From Nitrospirota bacterium (GTDB lineage: Bacteria > Nitrospirota > UBA9217), in NCBI GenBank assembly GCA_049793155.1, contig JBARBN010000009.1:34268-98267 (forward strand): 64,000 bases of DNA. The letters run 5' to 3'. Below the pieces are notes generated by a model. That model searched no databases and was not told where the DNA came from. It worked only from the letters and a program-made list of their open reading frames with translations. The position numbers were made by a program, and so were the translations under genes. Below, piece after piece: positions 9,746 to 17,771 of the stretch. How positions within the stretch are numbered: position 1 is the first letter of the stretch; each line of letters starts with the position of its first letter.

Positions 9746-9978
9746 TTATCAACACCCCAATCTCAGCCCCGCACAACCCATCGCCCGCTTCAATAAAGAG
9801 TTCCATGTTCCGTAAAAAAAACATTTCATCAGTTGACATCCGGCACAAGAGATATTATGATTGCTCAAGTTTGTTGCATGGCGCAACACGTCGACGCATC
9901 TGCACTGGGCTGTATTTTTCCGATTTACAGAGGGCATTTCTGATCATATCAAGTGATTTATGGAAGGAGATTACGCAC

Positions 9979-10872
9979 ATGCCTGAAATCTGTCCAACAA
10001 TACGGGTTGAAACGTTGCTTCTCGCAACAGACGGGTCTGAGTTCAGTGAAGGGGCCATAGTCGGGTCGATCAGGCTTGCCAGGCTATGCTCGAACAGGTT
10101 TGCGGCAATATCCGTGATCGAAACGAATCCTGAGCTGGAGACCATCGCACCCCAGATCACGGAAAAAGCGGAAAAGTCTGCACGGGAACACCTTGAGTCG
10201 ATCCAAAAGCGGGCTAAGAAAGACGGCGTCGAGTGCGACATTATCATTCGTGCAGGCGAGGATTCCTATCGTTATATTGTCGATGAAGCAGCCAAGAACA
10301 ATATATCGATGATTATCATGGGCAGGCGCGGCCGTTCGGGGTTAAAGCGGCTTATGATGGGAAGTGTTACTTCGCGCGTAATCGGCCTCGCGCCATGCAA
10401 CGTGCTGGTCGTGCCAGAGGCGGCGCGGGTAGAGTTCAAGAGCATCGTGGTTGCGACGGACGGATCCAAATACTCTCTTGCTGCTGCATCCGAGGCCATT
10501 GGGCTTGCGAAACAGAACAAGAGCGAGCTGACGGCCATCAGTGTGGTACCATCAGAGCTCATGACCCCCACGGACATCGACCTTACCATGACCAGCAAGG
10601 AGCTCATCTCTGATAAAGAGATGCACGAGGCAGAGAAGAACGTCAAGGCGGTTAAAGAAGCGGCTCTGAAAGAAGGTGTAGCGGTAAAGGCCTTTGTCAT
10701 GAGCGGCAGGTCCGCCGACGCTATCATAGAAATCGCCAGGGACAGGAACGCGGATCTCATCGTTCTGGGCAGCCATGGCCGGACCGGCCTGGAAAAACTC
10801 CTCATGGGCAGTGTGGCAGAGCGGGTGATCGTGCTGTCATCCTGCGCGGTGCTGGTAGTGAAGGCGAAGTAA
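9979..10872 (+). CDS. Tandem universal stress protein (two UspA domains).
   Basis: Two USP domains, each with the G-x2-G-x9-G(S/T) ATP-binding tail (IIMGRRGRSGLKRLMMGSVT; LIVLGSHGRTGLEKLLMGSVA). A GGAAGGAG RBS precedes the 9979 ATG. The ORF-track start at 9805 is probably an upstream extension. Confidence 0.8.
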   Translation: MPEICPTIRVETLLLATDGSEFSEGAIVGSIRLARLCSNRFAAISVIETNPELETIAPQITEKAEKSAREHLESIQKRAKKDGVECDIIIRAGEDSYRYIVDEAAKNNISMIIMGRRGRSGLKRLMMGSVTSRVIGLAPCNVLVVPEAARVEFKSIVVATDGSKYSLAAASEAIGLAKQNKSELTAISVVPSELMTPTDIDLTMTSKELISDKEMHEAEKNVKAVKEAALKEGVAVKAFVMSGRSADAIIEIARDRNADLIVLGSHGRTGLEKLLMGSVAERVIVLSSCAVLVVKAK

Positions 10873-11063
10873 TATTATCCGCAACAGGAACGCGGACTTT
10901 GAAAATGTCTTCGACAATGAAGGTTTCTAAATGAAAGTATAAGATTATTCGATTGGGTTTGTCGCTCGTTTTAAGATCACAGGTACGTGAGAGAAGATTC
11001 GTGTCACAGAAAGAAACGTCTCTCTACTATCAGTTACCGCTCATTTCAGGTGTTTCCAAACCT

Positions 11064-12368
11064 ATGCTCAATATCCTGATCATATCTGATGAATCGAAGA
11101 ACATTGCGGCCTTGTTCAAGGTTACCGGGTTTACCGCTGATTTGCGGAATCCGAACAAGGCGAATGAAACGTCGGGGACAATTCCGGTCGGTACTGAAGG
11201 ATATGATATAGCCCTACTGGATCTCGATACGGAAAACTGGCAGCAGCGGCTTTTGGAAGTGCGACAGAGCATGCCTGTGATCGCTTTCTCTCATCCAGAC
11301 CTGAAGAGGGCAGTGGAGGCTATGAAGCTGGGGGCAAGCGATTATCTGGGGAAACCGATAACCGCGGAAACCCTCAGTCAAGTCATAGAGAAACACAAAA
11401 AGCAGATTCTGAACCATAAGTTTGGATTCGACGAGATCATGGGGATGAGCAAGCCCATGCAGGAAGTATTCGGTCTCATCAAAAAGGCCGCGGCGAGTGA
11501 GAGCAACGTGCTAATCACTGGCGAGAGTGGGTCGGGTAAGGAGCTTATCGCCCGCGCGATCCATCGCTGGAGCCCGCGGAGCGAAAAATCGTTCATGACC
11601 ATAAACTGCAGCGCGATACCGGACACGCTTCTTGAGTCGGAGCTTTTCGGATTTGAAAAGGGCTCGTTTACCGGTGCACAATACATGAAGAAAGGCCTCC
11701 TTGAACAGGCCGACGGTGGAACGGTCTTTTTCGACGAGATCGGCGATGTTTCGCTGTTGTTCCAGACAAAGATCCTGCGGGTTCTCCAGGAAGGAGAGAT
11801 CATGCGGATAGGCGGAATGCGGCAAATGAAAGTGGATCTGCGTTACATAACCGCCACGAATATTGACCTCAAGACGGCTTGCCAGCGCGGCACCTTCCGG
11901 GAAGACCTCTTTTACCGGCTGAACGTTATCAATATTCATTTACCCCCGCTCCGTGACCGGCTGGAGGACGTGCCGCTTCTCGCGAGACATTTTATTAACG
12001 AACATGCGGTAAAGCGGAAAGACATCTTGATAAAGGGTATTTCCAGCGATGCACTGAATATCCTCATGGGCCACACCTATCCAGGCAATGTGCGCGAACT
12101 CGAGAACATCATTGAACGTGCGATATCCTTTTCTAACACGTCTGACATTCTGCCGGCCGATCTTCCCCCCGACCTCATCCAGGTAACTCCCGCTAAACCG
12201 AGGTCCACAGTACAGCGGCTTCGAGATGCCGTTGTGGCAACAGAAAAAGAGACAATCGTTTCAGCGCTTCTGGAGGAACATGGAAACATTTCCCGCGCCG
12301 CAACCGCCCTCGGTATATACCGCCAACAACTCCAGAGAAAAATAAAACAATATAAAATCGCAACATAA
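11064..12368 (+). CDS. Sigma-54-dependent transcriptional regulator (receiver-like N-terminal domain, AAA+ sigma-54 activator, Fis-type HTH).
   Basis: GESGSGKELIARAIH Walker A, GAFTGA-type loop (GSFTGA), ESELFGFEKG, and a C-terminal HTH. The start at MLNILIIS fits a receiver beta-1 strand. An upstream TTG/GTG start (10953/11001) cannot be excluded. Confidence 0.75.
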   Translation: MLNILIISDESKNIAALFKVTGFTADLRNPNKANETSGTIPVGTEGYDIALLDLDTENWQQRLLEVRQSMPVIAFSHPDLKRAVEAMKLGASDYLGKPITAETLSQVIEKHKKQILNHKFGFDEIMGMSKPMQEVFGLIKKAAASESNVLITGESGSGKELIARAIHRWSPRSEKSFMTINCSAIPDTLLESELFGFEKGSFTGAQYMKKGLLEQADGGTVFFDEIGDVSLLFQTKILRVLQEGEIMRIGGMRQMKVDLRYITATNIDLKTACQRGTFREDLFYRLNVINIHLPPLRDRLEDVPLLARHFINEHAVKRKDILIKGISSDALNILMGHTYPGNVRELENIIERAISFSNTSDILPADLPPDLIQVTPAKPRSTVQRLRDAVVATEKETIVSALLEEHGNISRAATALGIYRQQLQRKIKQYKIAT

Positions 12369-12548
12369 TGAAATTTAGTGCAACAAAAATGTGCACTAAC
12401 TCTCCTTAAAAACCCCACAATTAGATTAACCACAGCAACTTTTAATTGCACCACAGCATCGACTTAAATTAAATAATAATTAATATCAATTAGTTGTGAT
12501 ATGGCATGTCTTTTGTAATATTGGTGATATGTATTTAGGAGGGGCTAT

Positions 12549-12695
12549 ATGGAAAAACTCATAAAAATGATAGAGGATGTCATGGTAGCAATCACCTTTG
12601 CAGAGGCAGGAGAATTTGACGAAGCGAACAGGATTGCTGGAAATGAGATGCCTCAGGATGAGAAAATAGCGGAGCTTGTTTCTGTTAGGAAATAA
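12549..12695 (+). CDS. Small conserved hypothetical protein (48 aa), paralog of the 20309-20443 product.
   Basis: AGGAGG RBS 6 nt upstream of the ATG. Its own intrinsic terminator lies downstream (12754-12791). The N-terminal 26 residues (MEKLIKMIEDVMVAITFAEAGEFDEA) are shared with the second copy, with differences mostly at synonymous third positions. Below the ORF-track size cut-off. Confidence 0.6.
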   Translation: MEKLIKMIEDVMVAITFAEAGEFDEANRIAGNEMPQDEKIAELVSVRK

Positions 12696-12753
12696 TCTGT
12701 GCTGACATTCTAACGTTGCACATGAATCTTAGATAAAGAAAACATTTGGATCA

Positions 12754-12791
12754 TTCGGGATTTCCTCAAATAGAAAACCCCGAATTTTTTT
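12754..12791 (+). terminator. Intrinsic terminator downstream of the small ORF.
   Basis: ATTCGGG-(17-nt loop)-CCCGAAT followed by TTTTTTT. Confidence 0.55.
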
Positions 12792-12832
12792 AATCACTTA
12801 AACTCATTATAACGACCTGAAGAAATAAACTT

Positions 12833-13576
12833 ATGTTGACTAACAAAACGGTAGATAGAGAAAGCCAGCAAAAGCTCTATGTTCAGATGTTCTCTATCAT
12901 CAAAGAAAAGATTGAGACTCGCGATTGGCCTGTGGGATCGCAGATCCCTACTGAAGACGAGCTTTGCAAAACATATGATGTGAGCAAAGCAACGATCCGG
13001 ATGGCCATTGCTGATCTGGTTCGGATCGGATATCTCAAAAAGCTGCAGGGCAAAGGCACCTTTGTCAAGCATTCAATTCCAGACCTTGGCATAACCATGA
13101 AAACAAGATTGTCCGAGGATATGTTCGGAGAGGGGGTGAGCGCACGAAAGGAGCTTCTGGTGAAAGGGATCAAGGCGCCGCCTGAGGATGTGAAAACTTA
13201 TTTGAAGGCCGAAGGCGACATCTACTATATTCTCTGCAAGAGAGTCGTGAACAGCGAGCCTGCATACCTTGAGGAGTTGTTCATTCCGCTCGAGACCGTT
13301 CCTGAAATAGAAGAGGCTGATGTCTGTCAGACGCCTTTTTATGAAATGGTGCAGCAGAAGTCAACAAAAAAAATCTTCAAGGTAATTCAGATGATCGAGA
13401 TCACCGAAATGACCGACGACGCCGCTTCAATTCTTAAAACCGGCGTTGGCACGCCGGTGCTCCTGCTCCACCGGCTTCTTGTTGCTGCCGATGGGAGCCC
13501 GATCGCCTATTCCCGTATGATGGGATGCGGCAGAAAGTACAAGATACAGACTGAAATGATACAGATTACCTCGTAA
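12833..13576 (+). CDS. GntR family (HutC subfamily, UTRA effector domain) transcriptional regulator.
   Basis: N-terminal winged HTH (LPTEDELCKTYDVSKATIRMAIADL) and a C-terminal UTRA-like region. Confidence 0.75.
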   Translation: MLTNKTVDRESQQKLYVQMFSIIKEKIETRDWPVGSQIPTEDELCKTYDVSKATIRMAIADLVRIGYLKKLQGKGTFVKHSIPDLGITMKTRLSEDMFGEGVSARKELLVKGIKAPPEDVKTYLKAEGDIYYILCKRVVNSEPAYLEELFIPLETVPEIEEADVCQTPFYEMVQQKSTKKIFKVIQMIEITEMTDDAASILKTGVGTPVLLLHRLLVAADGSPIAYSRMMGCGRKYKIQTEMIQITS

Positions 13577-13608
13577 CTGGTCACATAATATACAAAGGAG
13601 GGTTTGAC

Positions 13609-14856
13609 ATGGGAGTCTTGAGAAACACCTACGAATTTTTCAAGGCGGCGTCCGTAGCGCACGCCAAATGGGACTATGAAGTCTCCATGAGCATCATCCA
13701 TAACCGAAAGAAGATGTGGATACTGTTGTTGCTGCTTATGCCGATCGTGATCGTATCGTGGGCAGGTGCAGGAAGCATGCTGGGAGGGAAGACGGCATAT
13801 GCGCCGGCGTTCTATTCAACGACCATTTTTGTCGCCTCGATAGCCATTGGCCTTGCTGCGGGGCTCATTACCGGCTGTATAGGCGCAGGTGGCGGCTTCA
13901 TCATCACTCCGGCGCTTATGGCGGCGGGAGTCAAGGGCATCCTGGCAGTTGGCACGGACGTGTTCCATATCTTCGCCAAGGCCATCATGGGTACAACGGT
14001 CCACAAGAAACTCGGAAACGTTTCAACGAAGCTGGCACTGGCGTTCCTTGTCGGTTCGGGTGGCGGAACATTCATCGGCGGCTGGATCAACAGGCTTCTC
14101 TATGACAAGGACCCGCTCCTGTCCGAGGCGTTCATCAGCCTGGTCTATGCGATTCTTCTCGGCTTCCTCGGACTGTATGCCATGATGGACTTTTGGAGGT
14201 CACGCAAAGGTACGAGCGGCGGTGATGCCCACGGCGGGCCCACAGGCACCACGGGATTAGCGCTGAAACTCCAGAAGATCCAGATACCGCCGATGATCAC
14301 GTTCGACGAGGACTACATCGAAGGCGGAAAAAAGATCTCCGGCGTGTTCATTGCGATGGGCGGAATGATCGTCGGCATCTTGGCGGCCATCATGGGAGTG
14401 GGCGGCGGGTTCATCACCTTCCCCATGTTCGTCTACACCTTTGGTGTGTCCACGGCTACAACGGTGGGCACGGACATTCTGCAGATCATCTTCACAGCGG
14501 GGCTCGCCTCAATTGCTCAGTACGCCATTTACGGGTACGTGTTCTACACTTTGGCTATGGGTATGCTTATCGGCTCGCTTATCGGCATCCAGGTCGGTGC
14601 GCTCACGACCAAGGTGGTGAAAGGCGTCCAGATCCGCGGGTTCTATGCATTGTCCATCATAGCCGGGTTCATCAATAGGGCGGCAACTCTCCCTAAAAAG
14701 ATGGTGGAGCTCGAGATGATAAACATGTCCAAAGGCACGATCAATGCCATTGAAACAGTCGGTAACTACGTTTTCTGGATTGTGGTCGCCGCCTTCGGAC
14801 TATGGATATTCAGCAAGTTTTTTGGAAACATTAAAACACTCAGGGAGGAGGGATAG
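13609..14856 (+). CDS. TauE/SafE (DUF81) family sulfite/anion exporter-type permease with duplicated halves.
   Basis: Two internal repeats carry the TauE signature (GAGGGFIITPALM...GTDVFHIF and GVGGGFITFPMF...GTDILQIIF). Multiple TM helices. AAGGAGG RBS. Confidence 0.7.
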   Translation: MGVLRNTYEFFKAASVAHAKWDYEVSMSIIHNRKKMWILLLLLMPIVIVSWAGAGSMLGGKTAYAPAFYSTTIFVASIAIGLAAGLITGCIGAGGGFIITPALMAAGVKGILAVGTDVFHIFAKAIMGTTVHKKLGNVSTKLALAFLVGSGGGTFIGGWINRLLYDKDPLLSEAFISLVYAILLGFLGLYAMMDFWRSRKGTSGGDAHGGPTGTTGLALKLQKIQIPPMITFDEDYIEGGKKISGVFIAMGGMIVGILAAIMGVGGGFITFPMFVYTFGVSTATTVGTDILQIIFTAGLASIAQYAIYGYVFYTLAMGMLIGSLIGIQVGALTTKVVKGVQIRGFYALSIIAGFINRAATLPKKMVELEMINMSKGTINAIETVGNYVFWIVVAAFGLWIFSKFFGNIKTLREEG

Positions 14857-14858
14857 CC

Positions 14859-15572
14859 ATGATTGTTAAGAATAAAAAAATGTTTTCCGTGGGAGCTTTT
14901 CTTGCAATAACGTTCGTCGGCGCGCTTGCACTCATCTTCTCACCCGTCTTCGGGAATGGGATGAACGGACTCACGTATGCCGATGACATGTTCAACAAGC
15001 TCTCGAAGGGATCGTCATATTTTATCCCCAAGGTCGCCAAGAGCAACGAGAAGTTCACGAACACGAACTTTGCTGTTACGGTAAAGCTTGAAAAGCCTGA
15101 ACAGAATGAAGATACCATGAAAATGTTGACCGCAGCCGGGGCCGTGGTGAAAAACAATGGCCCCGCGCTCCAGATAAACGGAAACCTCGGCGCCCTTATG
15201 TCAAAGGTCCTCCAGGACGCGGACGATATGTATAAGAACGACGGGAAGAAGGTCGCCGATCGCTATGGCGTTGACGAGAAGGCGGCTATGACCTCCTGGT
15301 GGAACGTGCTCAAGCTCATGGACAAGGAGCTCAAGAAGGAGGGTAAGATCGAGGATTCGAAGATCGTCTCCGACGTGATGAAGAAGGCCGTTGAGCCAGC
15401 CTATAATTATTACAAGATCGAGGCGCAGCAGGTCGCGGACAAGGCTGGTATCATGACAGGGCTCCTTGTGTTTTATGTGATATACACCATGTGGTGGGGA
15501 TTTGCTATCTTCTACATGTTTGATGGAATCGGTCTTACTATGAAAAAAGCCAAAGTAAAAAAAGAGGTATAG
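14859..15572 (+). CDS. Hypothetical bitopic membrane protein (N- and C-terminal TM helices, Lys-rich central domain), probably co-transcribed with the TauE-like gene.
   Basis: Starts 3 nt after the TauE stop. No recognisable family. Hydrophobic segments at residues ~9-30 and ~195-220. Confidence 0.5.
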   Translation: MIVKNKKMFSVGAFLAITFVGALALIFSPVFGNGMNGLTYADDMFNKLSKGSSYFIPKVAKSNEKFTNTNFAVTVKLEKPEQNEDTMKMLTAAGAVVKNNGPALQINGNLGALMSKVLQDADDMYKNDGKKVADRYGVDEKAAMTSWWNVLKLMDKELKKEGKIEDSKIVSDVMKKAVEPAYNYYKIEAQQVADKAGIMTGLLVFYVIYTMWWGFAIFYMFDGIGLTMKKAKVKKEV

Positions 15573-15580
15573 GAGGATAC

Positions 15581-16024
15581 ATGAAAGTATTGGTGCCGGT
15601 TGACGGATCCAGGTACTCATTAGAAGGCATTAAGGTCGCATCCCACTATGCCAAGACAAAGAATGCCCAAGTGTATATTATGACGGTCATTCCCTCGGTC
15701 GCGGACATCGAACTCGAGCTATCCGCTTCCGAGCGGGACCGGCTCCTTGAAAGCATGAAAAAGCGCGGGGAAGAACTCCTGGCGAAAGCAGCGGAGCTCA
15801 TCAAATCACGTGGCGTTGATCACGTGAACACGGTTCTCGCTACAGCTCCGTCGCCTGCACAGGAGATCGTTGCCTTTGCCGAGAAGGAAAAGGTGGATCT
15901 TATCATTATCGGGAGCAGGGGCCGGAACGCCACACAACGATTTCACATCGGGAGCGTGGCTGCGAGCGTCGTCAGCCACACCCCCTGCTGCGTGTACGTC
16001 GTGAAGGAGCCTTGTTGGTCCTAA
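15581..16024 (+). CDS. Universal stress protein UspA.
   Basis: KVLVPVDGS... and the C-terminal LIIIGSRGRNATQRFHIGSVA motif. Confidence 0.85.
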   Translation: MKVLVPVDGSRYSLEGIKVASHYAKTKNAQVYIMTVIPSVADIELELSASERDRLLESMKKRGEELLAKAAELIKSRGVDHVNTVLATAPSPAQEIVAFAEKEKVDLIIIGSRGRNATQRFHIGSVAASVVSHTPCCVYVVKEPCWS

Positions 16025-16106
16025 TCACTAAGCAGCCAGCAAGGGTCCGATAGTATCATCGAGCACCTCTTTTCTTTTGAAAGGGATTACGCTATAATGG
16101 CGAACT

Positions 16107-17771
16107 ATGAAGATTCGGGACAAATTTTTTCTTGTTTTCGGCCTCTATATTCTTTTCACGGTTATCTTCGGCTTTTTTGCTTACCGGGAGCTTCGGACGA
16201 TCAGTACCAGACTACTCCTTGTTGAGAGGGCGGACGACATCACGAATACCATCCTTGAAGTCCGCCGGTATGAAAAAAACTTTCTCCTGTTTAAAGATCA
16301 GGAAAGCTTCGAGGAGTTGCTGAAATATCTCGGTATCTTTAAAAACAACATTGATACGGTGAAGGCTGAGATCGCCGCGGAGATTGACAGCCGCAATGCT
16401 GCCATGATGAAGCAATCCATTGCTGATTACGAGCACCTGATCTTCGATGTAGCGGGGAAGTTTGCCGAGCAGAAAGAACTGGAGGAACAAGCACGAGCCA
16501 AAGGGAGGAAAGCGGAGCGAACGCTCGTCAACCGAGAACTCGAGCTATTTCTCGTCCTCAGGCGGTATGAGAAGAATGTCATGCTCTATAAAAATCGGGA
16601 TTCTTATGCGGATTTCAGGCGGTCCTTCGAATCCTCGTCCTTGCTTTCCCATCCCGATATTCAGGATTACCAGGCCCTCGTAACCAAGTTGTATCTGCTC
16701 TATGATGCCGAAAAAGATACGATCGAGAGGATTCGCATGGCGGCACGGTCGATACAATCTTTTACACAGAACCTCTCAAAGCACGAACGTTTAAATATTG
16801 ACGCAACGATCGCGAGGGCAATCACGCTGCTCGTTATCGCGCTGGTCGTGATTATCATCGTGGGGACCATCATCAACATCAGGCTCGCGACCAGCATTAC
16901 AACGCCGATCCGCGCGATCGAAAAGATAACCAAGAAGATCGCCCAGGGTGATTTTTCGGAAAGCGTAAATGTCAAGGGAAAGAACGAGCTGTCATCACTT
17001 GAGGCCTCGTTCAACCTGATGGAGGAGAAACTGAAAGACGCCCTATGGTCACTCGAACACACTATCGAAAAGCTGCGTGAGAAGCAGGCGCAACTTGTTG
17101 AGGCTGAAAAGCTTGCATCGGTCGGAAGGCTTGCCGCCGGCATCGCCCATGAGATCAATAATCCCCTTACCTCAGTACTGACATTTTCGCATCTTATCCT
17201 CGAAGAATGTTCAAGAGATAATCCGTGGTGCGACAAGCTTAGAATCATGGTTCGTGAGACGGAGCGGGCGAGGAACATTGTCAGACAGCTCCTCAATTTT
17301 GGGAGAGATGCGAATATCAACCCCGAAAAGATCAATATCAATCGGCCGGTGGAAGAGATCATGGACTCACTTGTTGCGCAGGAAGCTTTTAAGGGGATCG
17401 AGCTCTCGCTGAACCTTGCTGAAAATCTCCCGGACGTATATGTCGACCCGGCCCAAATCGGCCAGGTTGTTCTGAATCTTGCCTTGAACGCTATCCATGC
17501 AATTACTCCACCGGGAAAGATCGAAGTGTCCACCAGGGTCGTGGATAAGTTTGTCTCGATTATATTCCACGACACAGGCTCGGGGATAGCTCCGGAGCAT
17601 TTGAGCAAGATCTTCGACCCCTTTTTTACGACCAAGGGTGCGACGAAAGGGACGGGACTCGGCCTGGCCGTGAGTTATGGTATCATTAAAAAACACTCGG
17701 GAGATATCGAGGTCGAGAGCGTCATGGGACAGGGGACAACATTTACCGTGAAGGTGCCGATCCATGGATAA
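16107..17771 (+). CDS. Sensor histidine kinase (extracytoplasmic sensor with internal repeat, HAMP, HisKA, HATPase).
   Basis: TM1, a sensor region carrying two RRYEKN(F/V)(L/M)L(F/Y)K repeats, TM2, then a HAMP region. H-box AHEINNPL; G-boxes DTGSGI, GTGLGLAV. Confidence 0.85.
   Translation: MKIRDKFFLVFGLYILFTVIFGFFAYRELRTISTRLLLVERADDITNTILEVRRYEKNFLLFKDQESFEELLKYLGIFKNNIDTVKAEIAAEIDSRNAAMMKQSIADYEHLIFDVAGKFAEQKELEEQARAKGRKAERTLVNRELELFLVLRRYEKNVMLYKNRDSYADFRRSFESSSLLSHPDIQDYQALVTKLYLLYDAEKDTIERIRMAARSIQSFTQNLSKHERLNIDATIARAITLLVIALVVIIIVGTIINIRLATSITTPIRAIEKITKKIAQGDFSESVNVKGKNELSSLEASFNLMEEKLKDALWSLEHTIEKLREKQAQLVEAEKLASVGRLAAGIAHEINNPLTSVLTFSHLILEECSRDNPWCDKLRIMVRETERARNIVRQLLNFGRDANINPEKININRPVEEIMDSLVAQEAFKGIELSLNLAENLPDVYVDPAQIGQVVLNLALNAIHAITPPGKIEVSTRVVDKFVSIIFHDTGSGIAPEHLSKIFDPFFTTKGATKGTGLGLAVSYGIIKKHSGDIEVESVMGQGTTFTVKVPIHG

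Noticed and set aside
9805-9978. N-terminal extensions proposed by the ORF track for the USP, sigma-54 regulator, USP-like, ParB, Dabb, rhodanese and OsmC genes. Examples: 9805, 10953, 19305, 20645, 33128, 41478, 41953, 63103.
   Set aside because: In each case an internal Met preceded by a good Shine-Dalgarno gives a protein of canonical family length. The upstream extensions run through promoter, terminator or tRNA-adjacent sequence.
12502-12517. Sigma-54 promoter upstream of small ORF copy 1 (TGGCATG-tctt-TTGTA).
   Set aside because: The -12 element has GT instead of the near-invariant GC. It is kept only as a remark and not listed as a feature.
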